Shown: piece after piece, positions 20,850 to 31,088 of the stretch | Layout of the letters: every line of letters starts with the position of its first letter | Position numbering within the stretch: the first letter of the stretch is position 1 | Notes under the pieces: model-generated | Told to the model about the DNA's origin: nothing | Databases searched by the model: none | The model's input: the letters and a program-made list of their open reading frames with translations, nothing else | Position numbers and translations under genes: made by a program | Source: a virus | Length of the DNA stretch: 64,000 nucleotides | Strand: one strand, 5' to 3' | IMG/VR virus record: IMGVR_UViG_3300035034_003571 | Span: 67,160 to 131,159 of that record

Positions 20850-21776
20850 TTATGTATTATCTCTTATAAAGGATTCTATTTCCTTTATATCTAGATGTGA
20901 TTTTAGCACTTCTTTGAGAAAATCTATATTTCCCCCAGTTGTTCTATCCTCCTGAGATTTTCTTTTTAATTCTAATTCGGATTTTAATAAATCCTTTAAT
21001 GAATTTTCGGATTCTGGAGAATCTTTTATGGTAGGGGAGGATATTAGAGAACTGAATATGAAATTTTTCTTTATTTCAGAAAATGAATCTCCAGAAATCT
21101 CATAATTTTCATTTTCAATTTTAATTCTACAAGAGTTTACCTTACCTAAGTATAAGGAAACCTGAGGATCTTTACTCCCCCTTTTTTCATAAATTTCTAT
21201 AGATGCTATGGGACCTTTATCCTTTCTTTTGAATTTATAATACCTCTCATCGTTTCCGGTAAAAGAATGGAGGTCGCTTTCAAATTTATCTAATTCTGAG
21301 ATTACTTCCATATTACCAAACTCCTCCATAAGTATTTGGGTTTCTTCTATACAAATAGATTTCGGGTCTTTATTATGATTTAGTTTTTCTTTGTAATATT
21401 CATTTAAATATCCTTCAAGAAATTCATAAAGAGAATCCATATTTTTTTCGTCTCTAGCCCACTTAGAATCATTTAATATATTTACCTCCTCTGGATTTTC
21501 CATACTTCCTGGAAAATTTATAGAGTTTTGTGGAATTTCTATATTTTTAATTGAATCCCCCTTTCCATACGAAATGCTACATATTTTATCTTCCACTACT
21601 ATAGTCATCCCCGGAAAATTATCCTCCTCCGAATCCTCGTTAAATTTTTTGGAAACAAATCCTATTTTATTTCCCTTTAGTTTTTTATAGGATCCTATAA
21701 TGATCTCAGAAGTAGTATCATTAGATTCTTTTAGAAAATCCTCGTATTTGATAACTTTATTATCTATCATTTCCAA
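20850..21776 (-). CDS. Hypothetical protein, candidate internal head protein
   Basis: N-terminal VIKYEDFLKES resembles a capsid-targeting sequence. Confidence 0.5.
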   Translation of the reverse strand: MEMIDNKVIKYEDFLKESNDTTSEIIIGSYKKLKGNKIGFVSKKFNEDSEEDNFPGMTIVVEDKICSISYGKGDSIKNIEIPQNSINFPGSMENPEEVNILNDSKWARDEKNMDSLYEFLEGYLNEYYKEKLNHNKDPKSICIEETQILMEEFGNMEVISELDKFESDLHSFTGNDERYYKFKRKDKGPIASIEIYEKRGSKDPQVSLYLGKVNSCRIKIENENYEISGDSFSEIKKNFIFSSLISSPTIKDSPESENSLKDLLKSELELKRKSQEDRTTGGNIDFLKEVLKSHLDIKEIESFIRDNT

Positions 21777-22206
21777 ATATAACTTTAATTCTAAAATCTT
21801 TAGGGTTCATAGATTTATTCATATCTATTTCCACCTTAGTGGGTTCTGATGGAATCAAAATATCAGCTTTTACCGGGATTATATTTTCGGCTTCAGTATT
21901 TTTTCCTGGTAGTATATCTATTTCATATTCTTTTTCCTCTCCTGAATTTTCCGTTTTAACCTCTAGTTCTATGGAGGATACTAAAAAATCTATGGTACTT
22001 ATTCCGGAATTCCCTGATAATACTCTAGCTGAATAGTCAATTTCACATTCCACAGAAATTATATTTTCTAATTCTTTCGGCTTATTAAATATATCTAGAT
22101 CCATAGAAGCAACGTCTACACTAAAATTCATATCGGTATTAAAGCTCTTGTCCTTCTTCTTTCTAGAAGCAAAGGTACCATAATCATAAACTCTTCTTTT
22201 TTCCAT
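21760..22206 (-). CDS. Hypothetical late protein
   Basis: 148 aa; GATATATA motif upstream. Confidence 0.5.
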   Translation of the reverse strand: MEKRRVYDYGTFASRKKKDKSFNTDMNFSVDVASMDLDIFNKPKELENIISVECEIDYSARVLSGNSGISTIDFLVSSIELEVKTENSGEEKEYEIDILPGKNTEAENIIPVKADILIPSEPTKVEIDMNKSMNPKDFRIKVIFGNDR

Positions 22207-22341
22207 TTACTAGGGTATTTTTGCAGACCACCGTCTTCCATATTATATATCCAAAATACTAAACGGATTATTTTATATCGGCATATGTTGGGAGGTTTAA
22301 ATATATAAGTAGCTATCAAAAGCTAAAACAAAATACTAGAG

Positions 22342-23088
22342 ATGGAAAAATTAAACCCAATATGGTTTCTAAAACATCCTTTAGATCCTGAGCATAAATC
22401 TTACATTCTTTTGGATAAATTAAAAGAATATCAGCAGGAGCTTAAGAAAGATCAAATAAGTAGCACAATAGGTAAAGTACTTACTATTATTAAAGATTTA
22501 AACAGATTCAAAAAAGAAGGAATGATTACCAAGGAGTCATACGAAAGTTTGGATGAAGGGGATAAAAAAGTTCTTACTTTCTATAAGAACCTAACCAAAG
22601 GTGATGTAGAATTTAACGAGCTTCATGAGGTAATTAATAAATGTTTAGAGATACTTTATAGATATGCAAATATAGGGGTTGACTTATTAAACGAAAGAAA
22701 TAGCAAAATAAAAACATTCGAAATTATTCCACCATCAGAAACTAAAGGGGATAATAACTTTGGATATTTATTTATAAGAAATATGGTAACCGATGAAATC
22801 TTTACCTATTTTTGGTCAGAATCTGAAATGAGAAATGAAAGCGGAATTAATCAGGTTGGTATAGGAATGAGAAGAATTAATACAGTAGATCCAACTTATT
22901 TTTCATTATCATATATTCATATAGCCCATGAAATTCTAGATAAAAGCATGAGCATTAAACCTAAAAAAACTCCAAGAATTTTAGTTTGTGAAATCTCTGA
23001 AAATTTCCAAGAAAATTCGGAGATTATAAAAGCAGCTAAAGACAAATTTTTAGAAAAATTATCTAACGAGAAAGGTAAATTGATTTAA
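22342..23088 (+). CDS. Hypothetical protein
   Basis: 248 aa plus-strand ORF filling the gap; N-terminus WFLKHPLDPEHKSYILL. Confidence 0.6.
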   Translation: MEKLNPIWFLKHPLDPEHKSYILLDKLKEYQQELKKDQISSTIGKVLTIIKDLNRFKKEGMITKESYESLDEGDKKVLTFYKNLTKGDVEFNELHEVINKCLEILYRYANIGVDLLNERNSKIKTFEIIPPSETKGDNNFGYLFIRNMVTDEIFTYFWSESEMRNESGINQVGIGMRRINTVDPTYFSLSYIHIAHEILDKSMSIKPKKTPRILVCEISENFQENSEIIKAAKDKFLEKLSNEKGKLI

Positions 23089-23795
23089 ATTGAACAGGAA
23101 GGGTTTATGAATTTGGAAGTTGTACCCGCACCTTGATCTGAGTTATATCTTTTCTTCCACCAACTAGCTTGTTTTTCTTTAGTTTTTGGTATAGGGACCA
23201 ACCTTTCTTTGGTTATATTAGTTTCTGAATCGAAACTATAACTTCTAGCTCTTACCCCTATAAACATACGGGCTGCTAAAGCATTATAAAGGGGTTTAGA
23301 AAGACTTTCGAAAGGAACTTTGTCCCAATCTAATCCAAGTTTATTTTTTATTTCCCTTTTACATTCCATTAAATATTTTTTTATTTTATGGTTTCCTGTA
23401 GAAGGATCTCCCTTGTACCCCACGGTATTTAAAGATGTTTTTTTATCTAATTGAAATATTCCCTTAGTAATATTAGATCTTTTATAAGTTTTTGAGTTAG
23501 TCCCATAACAGCTTTCAACCGCAGCTACGTTTAGCATAAATTCAGAAACCTCTCCAGGATCTTCAAAAATCCCATCGGAAACCAGATTAACTATTTTTGT
23601 AACAAAATCTTTAGCACCTGTTGTTTTGTAATAATCTTCAATATCATCTTCAATTCCTTCTTCAGGAATAGCTCTCATAGCTTTCCACTCAAGATCACTT
23701 ATAGAATACTTGTCCTTTAATTTATCTATAACAATTGGACTGGAGGATTCTAATAAGTTCTGGGAAAACTGGGAAAAGTTATAAAGGGATTTCAT
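23085..23795 (-). CDS. Lysozyme-like (transglycosylase-fold) protein
   Basis: AAVES (catalytic Glu), KGIFQL, PLYNALAAR and WWKKRYN motifs. Confidence 0.6.
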   Translation of the reverse strand: MKSLYNFSQFSQNLLESSSPIVIDKLKDKYSISDLEWKAMRAIPEEGIEDDIEDYYKTTGAKDFVTKIVNLVSDGIFEDPGEVSEFMLNVAAVESCYGTNSKTYKRSNITKGIFQLDKKTSLNTVGYKGDPSTGNHKIKKYLMECKREIKNKLGLDWDKVPFESLSKPLYNALAARMFIGVRARSYSFDSETNITKERLVPIPKTKEKQASWWKKRYNSDQGAGTTSKFINPSCSI

Positions 23796-23803
23796 AAATA
23801 AAT

Positions 23804-24256
23804 TTAATTATCGAAATCCGAAAGTTTTACTATGCTACTTTTTTTAGGTTCCGAATTTTCGTCTTCAATTGAATTGGAAGACTCTTCTATAGATTCTGAT
23901 TCGATATCAAATTCTCCTATCTTTAATATAGTAGGAATCCCCTCAAAATCTTTACCTTCAGTAACAGCTGTACTTGGCTGAGCAACTATAGAAGGTGCTG
24001 CATTATCTATTGTATATTCTCTGTTTCCTTTTTCATTATACCCAGGTACTTCTATTCCAGAGGATTTTCCAAAAACTGCATCTGCATATCCAGCAAAATC
24101 ATAAGCTGGTTCTCTTTTAATTTTATTCAATCCTGTTTTATCACTAGAATCTACTTGATTTTTCGGATCTAAAGGTTTAAAAACTTCGTCGTGTACTTTA
24201 CCTCTAAATGCTTTGAAATCTAATACTTCTCTCTTTGAAACGTCTTTAATATTCAT
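23804..24256 (-). CDS. Hypothetical late protein
   Basis: 150 aa ORF in a late operon. Confidence 0.5.
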   Translation of the reverse strand: MNIKDVSKREVLDFKAFRGKVHDEVFKPLDPKNQVDSSDKTGLNKIKREPAYDFAGYADAVFGKSSGIEVPGYNEKGNREYTIDNAAPSIVAQPSTAVTEGKDFEGIPTILKIGEFDIESESIEESSNSIEDENSEPKKSSIVKLSDFDN

Positions 24257-24263
24257 AATGTTT

Positions 24264-24965
24264 TTACTTTTTAGCTAATGCTTTTGCGAAAGATTCACCC
24301 CCGTCTTTTAAAAGATCTTTTATATAGCCACTTACAGCGGAAGCCTCTTTCTTTTCACCTCCACCAGGTTTTACTTTTTCGGCTCCTGTTTTAACCGCTA
24401 CCTTGTCTAAGCCTTTAATAGTTTCTCTTCTTTCTGAGCTTCCCATGGTATCTATGATATCATCCACTTTAAAAGTTTCCGCTGGAGATTTATCCTTAAA
24501 TATATTACGTAAGAAATCCTGTATATCAGAATCTAAATCCTTTCTTTTAGCTAGTCTATCACTAAGGGATTCTCTTAAGGTTTTATATAAAAATCCATCA
24601 GCTTCTATTCCCACGGATTCTGCGATTTCATCAAATCCACTAACTTGTAAAAATTCTACAAGACCTTCAGAAATTTTAGGTATGAAAAAATCCCAGTTAT
24701 TATGTTTCCCTGAAACTATCCCGTAATATTCGTCAATGTCTATTGCTTCAAAAATCTCTTGAATCAATTTGGATAATGGACTTAATTCTCTAATTCCGAA
24801 TCTTTCTAATATCCAAGATGCTACTTTTTGTTTAATAGCATTTCCGAATCCATTACCCAGCATTTTTAATCCAGTCAATAGGCTATCAGCAAATCCTTCA
24901 TCGATTTTACTAACTTCGGAGGGAGACTCAAAAGAATTAAATGGTGTAATGTATTCGTTATTCAT
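24264..24965 (-). CDS. Hypothetical late protein, candidate internal head protein
   Basis: YITPFNSFES...IDEG N-terminus; GATATATA motif upstream. Confidence 0.5.
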   Translation of the reverse strand: MNNEYITPFNSFESPSEVSKIDEGFADSLLTGLKMLGNGFGNAIKQKVASWILERFGIRELSPLSKLIQEIFEAIDIDEYYGIVSGKHNNWDFFIPKISEGLVEFLQVSGFDEIAESVGIEADGFLYKTLRESLSDRLAKRKDLDSDIQDFLRNIFKDKSPAETFKVDDIIDTMGSSERRETIKGLDKVAVKTGAEKVKPGGGEKKEASAVSGYIKDLLKDGGESFAKALAKK

Positions 24966-25013
24966 CCGGATTCGGTTTTATTTAACCTATATATCCGAAT
25001 TACTTATAGAAAC

Positions 25014-26411
25014 TTATCGAGAAAGGAATAAGTCTGTAGCCCTTTGTCTATAGGCTAATTTGTCTTTCACAATCTGTGGATTTTTGAGAGGGACCTTTTT
25101 TCTATCTATAATGGAATCCGGTAACAATGGTCTAAAAGTATCCTTTAGAATCTTCTTATTAGTTCTCCATTCCAAAGGAAGATTCAAAGCAAATCTAACT
25201 ATATCTATATTTAAAAAAGGACTTCGAAGTTCTAGTGTATGTGCCATTGACATTTTATCTAACCTAGGCAAATGATAATAGGTAAGCTCTTCAAATACAT
25301 CAGATTTTTGGGAATCATATTCATGGATTCTTGAATATCCTCCAAAAAGCTCGTCTGCTCCATCTCCGGAAATTACTATCCTATTATCAGAATCTTTTTT
25401 TATTGATTCAAATAAGTGGTATTGTGGAATAACAGAACCTAGATCTACAGGGGTTTCGTTCCATTTTTTGTATATCTCTTCATTATTTCTATCATCCATT
25501 GAATAGTCAAGGAAATTTACAGGAATGTCCAGGTGCATACTTAGCTCGTTAACGAATTCGGTTTCCCCATTTTCTATACTATACCACCTTACCTCAGCCT
25601 CTAAATCCTTCAGAATAGATGCTATTATGGATGAATCCAGTCCGCCCGAGACCAATACAGAAATTGGATACCCTTTAGATATAAGCCTATTACTAACCGC
25701 CTCGTGCATTTTATCCCATAGCCAATTCATATGCTCTTCATATGACTTACCTCTAAGCTCATCTATAGGTCTATTCCATCCAGTATAATAGTTTCTATAT
25801 TCAGTAATGAATTCGGGAGAATCTATATTATAACCAACTATAGTATTTGCTGGGATTTTTTTAATATCCAGATAAGGTGTTCTGTCATCTGAATTATATC
25901 CCCATTTTCTAACCGTACTTATGTAAGACTCATCTCTTTTTGATTCTTCTTTTATAAGTCCCTTTATTTCAGAGCAAATTTCTCCTCCCTGATTTACATA
26001 AAGAATCTTTTTTCCCAACGGATCAGTAAATGCGGTAACGTTTCCAGTATTTGAATTATAAATGACTATCGCCCAAAATCCATCCCAGGATATTATATGA
26101 GAAAGATAGAATCCCGCAAATGCTTGTATATTATTTCCATTATAACTGGAAAATAAATTAACCAGATATTCAGTATCAGAAGAATAAGAACTTTGATCGT
26201 AATTAAAGATTTCTCCATTAAACATTAAATAAACTCCAGGTGAAATTTCAATCGGTTGGTTCCAGTTATCTCCATCTCTCGTTTGTATAGGAAGTCTGTG
26301 ATGGCATAAGGTTACTCCCATAGCATCTACGGAATCCCATTCAGTTCCTCTATGAGAAATCTTATTTAAATCTTCTTGATTTTTGGATTTAGTTAGTATA
26401 ATCCCGCACAT
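25014..26411 (-). CDS. asnB: Asparagine synthetase B-like glutamine amidotransferase
   Basis: MCGI (Ntn Cys), HRLPI, FNGEIFNY, SGGLDSS, SGDGADELFGGY, RLDKMSMAHTLELRSPFL. Confidence 0.9.
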   Translation of the reverse strand: MCGIILTKSKNQEDLNKISHRGTEWDSVDAMGVTLCHHRLPIQTRDGDNWNQPIEISPGVYLMFNGEIFNYDQSSYSSDTEYLVNLFSSYNGNNIQAFAGFYLSHIISWDGFWAIVIYNSNTGNVTAFTDPLGKKILYVNQGGEICSEIKGLIKEESKRDESYISTVRKWGYNSDDRTPYLDIKKIPANTIVGYNIDSPEFITEYRNYYTGWNRPIDELRGKSYEEHMNWLWDKMHEAVSNRLISKGYPISVLVSGGLDSSIIASILKDLEAEVRWYSIENGETEFVNELSMHLDIPVNFLDYSMDDRNNEEIYKKWNETPVDLGSVIPQYHLFESIKKDSDNRIVISGDGADELFGGYSRIHEYDSQKSDVFEELTYYHLPRLDKMSMAHTLELRSPFLNIDIVRFALNLPLEWRTNKKILKDTFRPLLPDSIIDRKKVPLKNPQIVKDKLAYRQRATDLFLSR

Positions 26412-26962
26412 TAATTAATGATGTTTTTTAAGATATCTATAGTATTTTTATTGAAAGAATTCTCTATTTTTACTATAGATATATTTCGATCTTTAGATTT
26501 TGAATATTCTATGAAATAATTCATTAGATCAGATTCTTCTTTCCTAGAAGATTCGTTCTTATCCCAATGGTCCTTGTTAGCTCTATCTCCTTTCGGGTTA
26601 TCCCCATACAGATATATAAACTTAACATTAGACATTAATCCCTTTTTTATAAAAAGGTCCATTTCTCTTCTACCCTCCTCTTTAGATATACGGCCTTCTA
26701 AGACTCCCCAAGTCAATACACTAAATATTCCTCTATCTATAATACATTTATCTTTTATTAGCCCATCCTTTATCATTTGAAGTAACATAGATTCTTTACC
26801 TATAGCAAATTGATGGGTACCTATTGAATTGTCTGACATGCTCATTTCGCTAAACCAATAGGCAAATTCATACTGAAATCTACGAATTCCCGTAACTTTT
26901 GAAATTCTTTCGGAAATGTACGACTTTCCGCTATTTCTTGAACCTTCTATAAAATAAACCAT
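26411..26962 (-). CDS. Thymidylate/dNMP kinase-like P-loop kinase
   Basis: IEGSRNSGKS Walker A and IIDRG motif. Confidence 0.7.
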   Translation of the reverse strand: MVYFIEGSRNSGKSYISERISKVTGIRRFQYEFAYWFSEMSMSDNSIGTHQFAIGKESMLLQMIKDGLIKDKCIIDRGIFSVLTWGVLEGRISKEEGRREMDLFIKKGLMSNVKFIYLYGDNPKGDRANKDHWDKNESSRKEESDLMNYFIEYSKSKDRNISIVKIENSFNKNTIDILKNIIN

Positions 26963-26975
26963 TGAATTTTAATAA

Positions 26976-27002
26976 TTATAGAAATACAAAAAATAATGTT
27001 TC
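26976..27002 (-). promoter_or_regulatory. Putative ECF-type middle promoter GAAAC-N16-CTATAA
   Basis: Bipartite motif upstream of the kinase-asnB pair; recurs at other replication/metabolic genes. Confidence 0.6.
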
Positions 27003-27358
27003 TATTTATATGGAGAAAAATAATCTTCCGGAATATTATTAGGGTCTATTCCCATAGATTTACATATTCTAATAAATCCTTCATCTTTTAATAATACAGC
27101 CTTAACGTCATCTGGTTGATTATCTATCATGTCTTGATAAATATCCTGATATTGAAGAGAATATTCAAATAAACAGATCTCTAATTTCTGATCGAAGCTT
27201 AAACTTTTTCGTTTCATTTGAATGTCAGCTTTTATAGAATCAAGCTGTGCATTAGTACCGCTCATTGTACTTTTTTTCATGCTAGAATAATCTGGGAGTT
27301 CGCTATAACAGGAAGTTAATAATATAGCGGAAAGTAGGAATAAAGATAAATTTTTCAT
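27002..27358 (-). CDS. Putative lipoprotein
   Basis: MKNLSLFLLSAILLTSC signal peptide with lipobox; likely start is the ATG at 27358. Confidence 0.65.
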   Translation of the reverse strand: MKNLSLFLLSAILLTSCYSELPDYSSMKKSTMSGTNAQLDSIKADIQMKRKSLSFDQKLEICLFEYSLQYQDIYQDMIDNQPDDVKAVLLKDEGFIRICKSMGIDPNNIPEDYFSPYK

Positions 27359-27390
27359 TTTTTCGTTTTTTGTTACATTCAAATATAAAC

Positions 27391-27420
27391 AAAAAACCCC
27401 AGACCATTACGATCCGGGGC
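27391..27420 (-). terminator. Rho-independent terminator
   Basis: CCCCGGATC-GTAAT-GGTCTGGGG followed by TTTTTT on the minus strand. Confidence 0.75.
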
Positions 27421-27438
27421 TATTTATTTTGGGGCTAT

Positions 27439-29919
27439 TTATTTCTTTAAATCTTCATCTGTAACCTCTATACATGCATTAGAAGGAGGCTGGGGTACAT
27501 CATCAAATTCTTTAGAATTCATTCTTTTTAAATGGGTCTCTAAAACACCTAAGTTATTAAAGGTTCTTTTTAAATTAGATCCCAAAGATTTAAATTTACC
27601 ATTTTCTGGAATTTTTCCCAGAACCTCTTTTAACGCGGAGCCAAAATAAGCTCTAACGCTTCTCCCTGAACCTGCAGCTAAACCAGTAACCCTCATAGTA
27701 ATTCCATTTTCTCCTAGGAATAAAATAGGACCTTCTGAGGATTCTCTAAATTCGTTATAATATCCGTCATTATTAAGTCTTTCTATAACATCATTAGTTA
27801 ACACGTTTTCTCTTATCCAAGAAGCAGAAGTGATCATTTTACTACCGTCGTGGGTAAACATACCAGATAGCATAATTAATAAATTATTTATCCCAACAAA
27901 ATCTTCTATTCCAAGATCAGCGTCACCCCTATCAGCTTCATCCTCTTGTATCAAATTAACAAAGGCTTTTTTAATAGGGCCTTTAAGATCCTCCATACTT
28001 ATATAAGAAGTTTCAGATTCTAGTATAGATTTAACTTTTTTATAAACCCCTTGGATTTTAATATCATCGTTTTTTAATACTCTGTCAAAAAATTCACTAA
28101 TCTTTGAAGCAGATTCGGATCTTTTTAGCATTCCGATTTTATTATAGATTCCTGTGTAATTTTTTATAAAGTTTGGATAATCTTCTGAGTCTTCTCCATT
28201 AACTTCTTCCCATTTAACTATATTTAGAGGAGTATAAAGACTAGATTTTTTAGAATTAGTAGAATATAGACCTCCTTCTAAAAAGAAGAAGTCTTGAGAA
28301 TCCTCAGAATTTTCTATTGCATATTCCCAAGATTCCAAAAATTTCTTGCTATATTTCTTTTTAAGAGCTCCGTCGTCTCTAATAAAATTTTCAGCTTCCA
28401 AAGTAACTCCGCCTTTTCTTAAAGATTTAGCTACTTTTTCACTTAGTGCTTTAGCATCAAAATCCTCTCCTTCTCCAGCTGATTTATTTAAAACTTTGGA
28501 ACCTTTGGATTTAACCCTAAATTCTTCATAGTACGTATTTATATCATCACTCAAAGCCGATTTATCCAGTCTTATTTTATCCGATTCATTTATTGAAAAG
28601 AAATCAGAGGTGCTCAATACTTTTTTAGCCTTAAATTTTTCTAATGAATTAACTACGGATTCGTTAGTGACAGTTTCTTTCATAACGTCCAAAGACTTTA
28701 TTATCTTTTCTCTGTCTGAAGATTCAATAAAATCAGAAGCTAAAAGTATATCTAAAAGCTCTCTATCAACTTCACCAGTAACGTTCTTATTTCCACTTTG
28801 TTTTTGTAAAGCAGCAATAACAGCAGATGTTGCATTTCCATATTTTCCGTCTGCTCCTCCTTTATCTTTCAAGAAAGAATTTATTGTACTTACTCCGTTC
28901 ATAAGACCTTTTTGTAAATTATAAATAAACTCAGATTCATCGAACTTGTCGTCACTATCTTGGTCACCAACTTTTATCGGAAAAGCTTCCTCGTTAAACT
29001 TACTTTCTCTATCCTCTATCTTATCTTGAATTATCTGCTCTGCCGTTACTTGAGCGGACGTAGCCGTTGCGAAGTGATCAAGAGCTTTTGTTACTAAAGT
29101 AACTATATCTCCATACACATCTTTTAATTCTTCATCATTCTCAAGATTTTTTAATTCCTTTTCAGTTGCAGATAAAATAGACTTATTAAAGTCAGCTTGG
29201 GTTTTAGCTACCATTTTTTCTAGATCTTTCAGAATGTCTTTATCTTTAGAACCCGTACCATCTCTAGTAGTATCCAATGCAGTTAACCTTTGAGATAACT
29301 GAGAAAATTCTCTTTTCCAATCTTTACTATACCCGTTTCGGCTGTTTTTATTTTCCGCGGAACTCATTAGGTTAGTTAATTGATCTCTAAGTCTTTTTAC
29401 CCTTCCCCTATATCCTGAAAGAAGCTCTTCATTCAAAACTTCATCTTCTGAAAATTCTAACGATTCGTTCTTTTTAGAAAGTTCGTCAGCTATTTCGTTT
29501 AAAGATCCCTGTAGTTTCTCTGCATTTTCTTTTGAATATTTTACAAAGTTTCTTCCTTTTTCTTTAGATAAAGCTTCAGTCTTTTTTATGGCTTCTATAA
29601 AAACATCTATAGATTTCATATAAAGATCTTTAGCGTCGGAAAAATTTCCGTCCGCTACTTCACTATCATCTGAATATTCTTTAATTTTAGCTAGTAGTTC
29701 AACCCCAGTTTTTGAGCTGAATATATCACTAAGCTTAGTTTTTATAACAGATATTTTTCTATCTTTTTTTGGGGCTAAGTCAAAGTTTATTCTTTTAAAA
29801 GTTTCTAATGACGTATCAGCAACCTTTTTCATTAATTCGTCGACCTTTTCATTTTCAAAGATCTTATCGTAATTAGAAAATTGTCTAGCTACTGGATTTA
29901 TTTTAAAATATTCCTTCAT
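27439..29919 (-). CDS. Large coiled-coil virion-associated protein with a peptidoglycan-binding-like domain
   Basis: DGKYGNATSAVIAALQKQSG...TGEVD (PG_binding_1-like); several xNE putative cleavage sites. Confidence 0.55.
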   Translation of the reverse strand: MKEYFKINPVARQFSNYDKIFENEKVDELMKKVADTSLETFKRINFDLAPKKDRKISVIKTKLSDIFSSKTGVELLAKIKEYSDDSEVADGNFSDAKDLYMKSIDVFIEAIKKTEALSKEKGRNFVKYSKENAEKLQGSLNEIADELSKKNESLEFSEDEVLNEELLSGYRGRVKRLRDQLTNLMSSAENKNSRNGYSKDWKREFSQLSQRLTALDTTRDGTGSKDKDILKDLEKMVAKTQADFNKSILSATEKELKNLENDEELKDVYGDIVTLVTKALDHFATATSAQVTAEQIIQDKIEDRESKFNEEAFPIKVGDQDSDDKFDESEFIYNLQKGLMNGVSTINSFLKDKGGADGKYGNATSAVIAALQKQSGNKNVTGEVDRELLDILLASDFIESSDREKIIKSLDVMKETVTNESVVNSLEKFKAKKVLSTSDFFSINESDKIRLDKSALSDDINTYYEEFRVKSKGSKVLNKSAGEGEDFDAKALSEKVAKSLRKGGVTLEAENFIRDDGALKKKYSKKFLESWEYAIENSEDSQDFFFLEGGLYSTNSKKSSLYTPLNIVKWEEVNGEDSEDYPNFIKNYTGIYNKIGMLKRSESASKISEFFDRVLKNDDIKIQGVYKKVKSILESETSYISMEDLKGPIKKAFVNLIQEDEADRGDADLGIEDFVGINNLLIMLSGMFTHDGSKMITSASWIRENVLTNDVIERLNNDGYYNEFRESSEGPILFLGENGITMRVTGLAAGSGRSVRAYFGSALKEVLGKIPENGKFKSLGSNLKRTFNNLGVLETHLKRMNSKEFDDVPQPPSNACIEVTDEDLKK

Positions 29920-29939
29920 TTTGGATTTTATTTTTTCTA

Positions 29940-30212
29940 TTAGTATATATGAGATGAGTCTCCACTGTTTGCCTTTTTCATCATTGAAGACGAAAGATCT
30001 CTAAGTAACCCAGGCATTTTTTGATATAGGTTAGCCTGTACGTTTATAGATCTAGCTTTATCCTCAATAGTTTCCGCGTCTTTTTGTTTTTGTAATTCCT
30101 CTGAAATATCTTCTCTAAGCTTACTTATCTTAAGCTTAATTTCAGTTATACTAGTATTTACGTTTTCGTTTATTTTCTTTTGAAAATCCGAAAATAATTC
30201 TAAATCACACAT
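29940..30212 (-). CDS. Hypothetical protein, candidate internal head protein
   Basis: N-terminal LELFSDFQKKINEN. Confidence 0.5.
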   Translation of the reverse strand: MCDLELFSDFQKKINENVNTSITEIKLKISKLREDISEELQKQKDAETIEDKARSINVQANLYQKMPGLLRDLSSSMMKKANSGDSSHIY

Positions 30213-31086
30213 ATCTATTAGCTATTGTTATTTTTGTTCTAAGGTCTCTGATTTTTTCCATACTATCCATAGAAATTTCTTTAAGCTCTTTACTAACCTC
30301 TTCCTTTGATTCAGGGGACGCTTTTATTTTGTCCATTAAAGATTCCTTTTCTTTATCTAAAACGGCATATTTTTCGTTTCTTTCTTTCCTGATATATTTA
30401 ACCAGCTTTTTCAATTGGATAGAATCCATAGACTTTACTCTATTTTCAAAAGATTCGTGAGTCATATCTAGAAGTTTTTCCATAGAAGCTTCAGAATCTC
30501 CCTTAGAATATTTGAAAGATATTAAAGATCCATATTTACTTCTAAATGCAGAATCTTTCTTTTTAGCCCTTTCCATTGAACTTCTGTACTTTCTATATAG
30601 TTCATCAGCCGTTGTATCACTGGAGAGTGACTTGGCTTTCTTATACATATCTTCTGCAAGATCACTTTCTAAATTGGAAAGTTCAAGGTCCCAGTATGCT
30701 TTCAGCCTATCCGTTTTTTGAACCATTTCTTGTCCCCTTGTTTTTAACTTCTTTAGATCGCTAGAATGCTTTTTGGTTAAAGCATCTAAAACTTTTTCTT
30801 TTCTAGAAAGTATTCTATCGATCTTTTTTCTTTCTGCGGGGTCGCTTTTAGTTTGTTCTTTTTCAACTTCTAATGAATCTATATCAGAAATTATATCTTC
30901 CCATTCATCAACATACTCATTTTCCACCTTTTTGATATCATCTAAAATATCATCTAGCTTTGAAACTTTACCCCCGAATTTTTTACTAAGCCAGTTTATA
31001 GCTTTATCATATCCTGCTCCTTCCTCGACAAGATCTGGATTCTTTGTAGATCTCCAATCGTTGAATGCTAAAACTTTTCTATTCAT
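30205..31086 (-). CDS. Coiled-coil protein, paralogue of 31089..32207
   Basis: WLSKKFGGKVSKLDDIL aligns with NISKNFLGSLSYIKMIDDL. Confidence 0.55.
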   Translation of the reverse strand: MNRKVLAFNDWRSTKNPDLVEEGAGYDKAINWLSKKFGGKVSKLDDILDDIKKVENEYVDEWEDIISDIDSLEVEKEQTKSDPAERKKIDRILSRKEKVLDALTKKHSSDLKKLKTRGQEMVQKTDRLKAYWDLELSNLESDLAEDMYKKAKSLSSDTTADELYRKYRSSMERAKKKDSAFRSKYGSLISFKYSKGDSEASMEKLLDMTHESFENRVKSMDSIQLKKLVKYIRKERNEKYAVLDKEKESLMDKIKASPESKEEVSKELKEISMDSMEKIRDLRTKITIANRYV

Positions 31087-31088
31087 TA

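Noticed and set aside
25014-26962. Lasso-peptide cluster (AsnB-like cyclase plus kinase)
   Set aside because: The N-terminal Ntn Cys and glutaminase motifs are intact, and no precursor, RRE or B2 protease is visible nearby.
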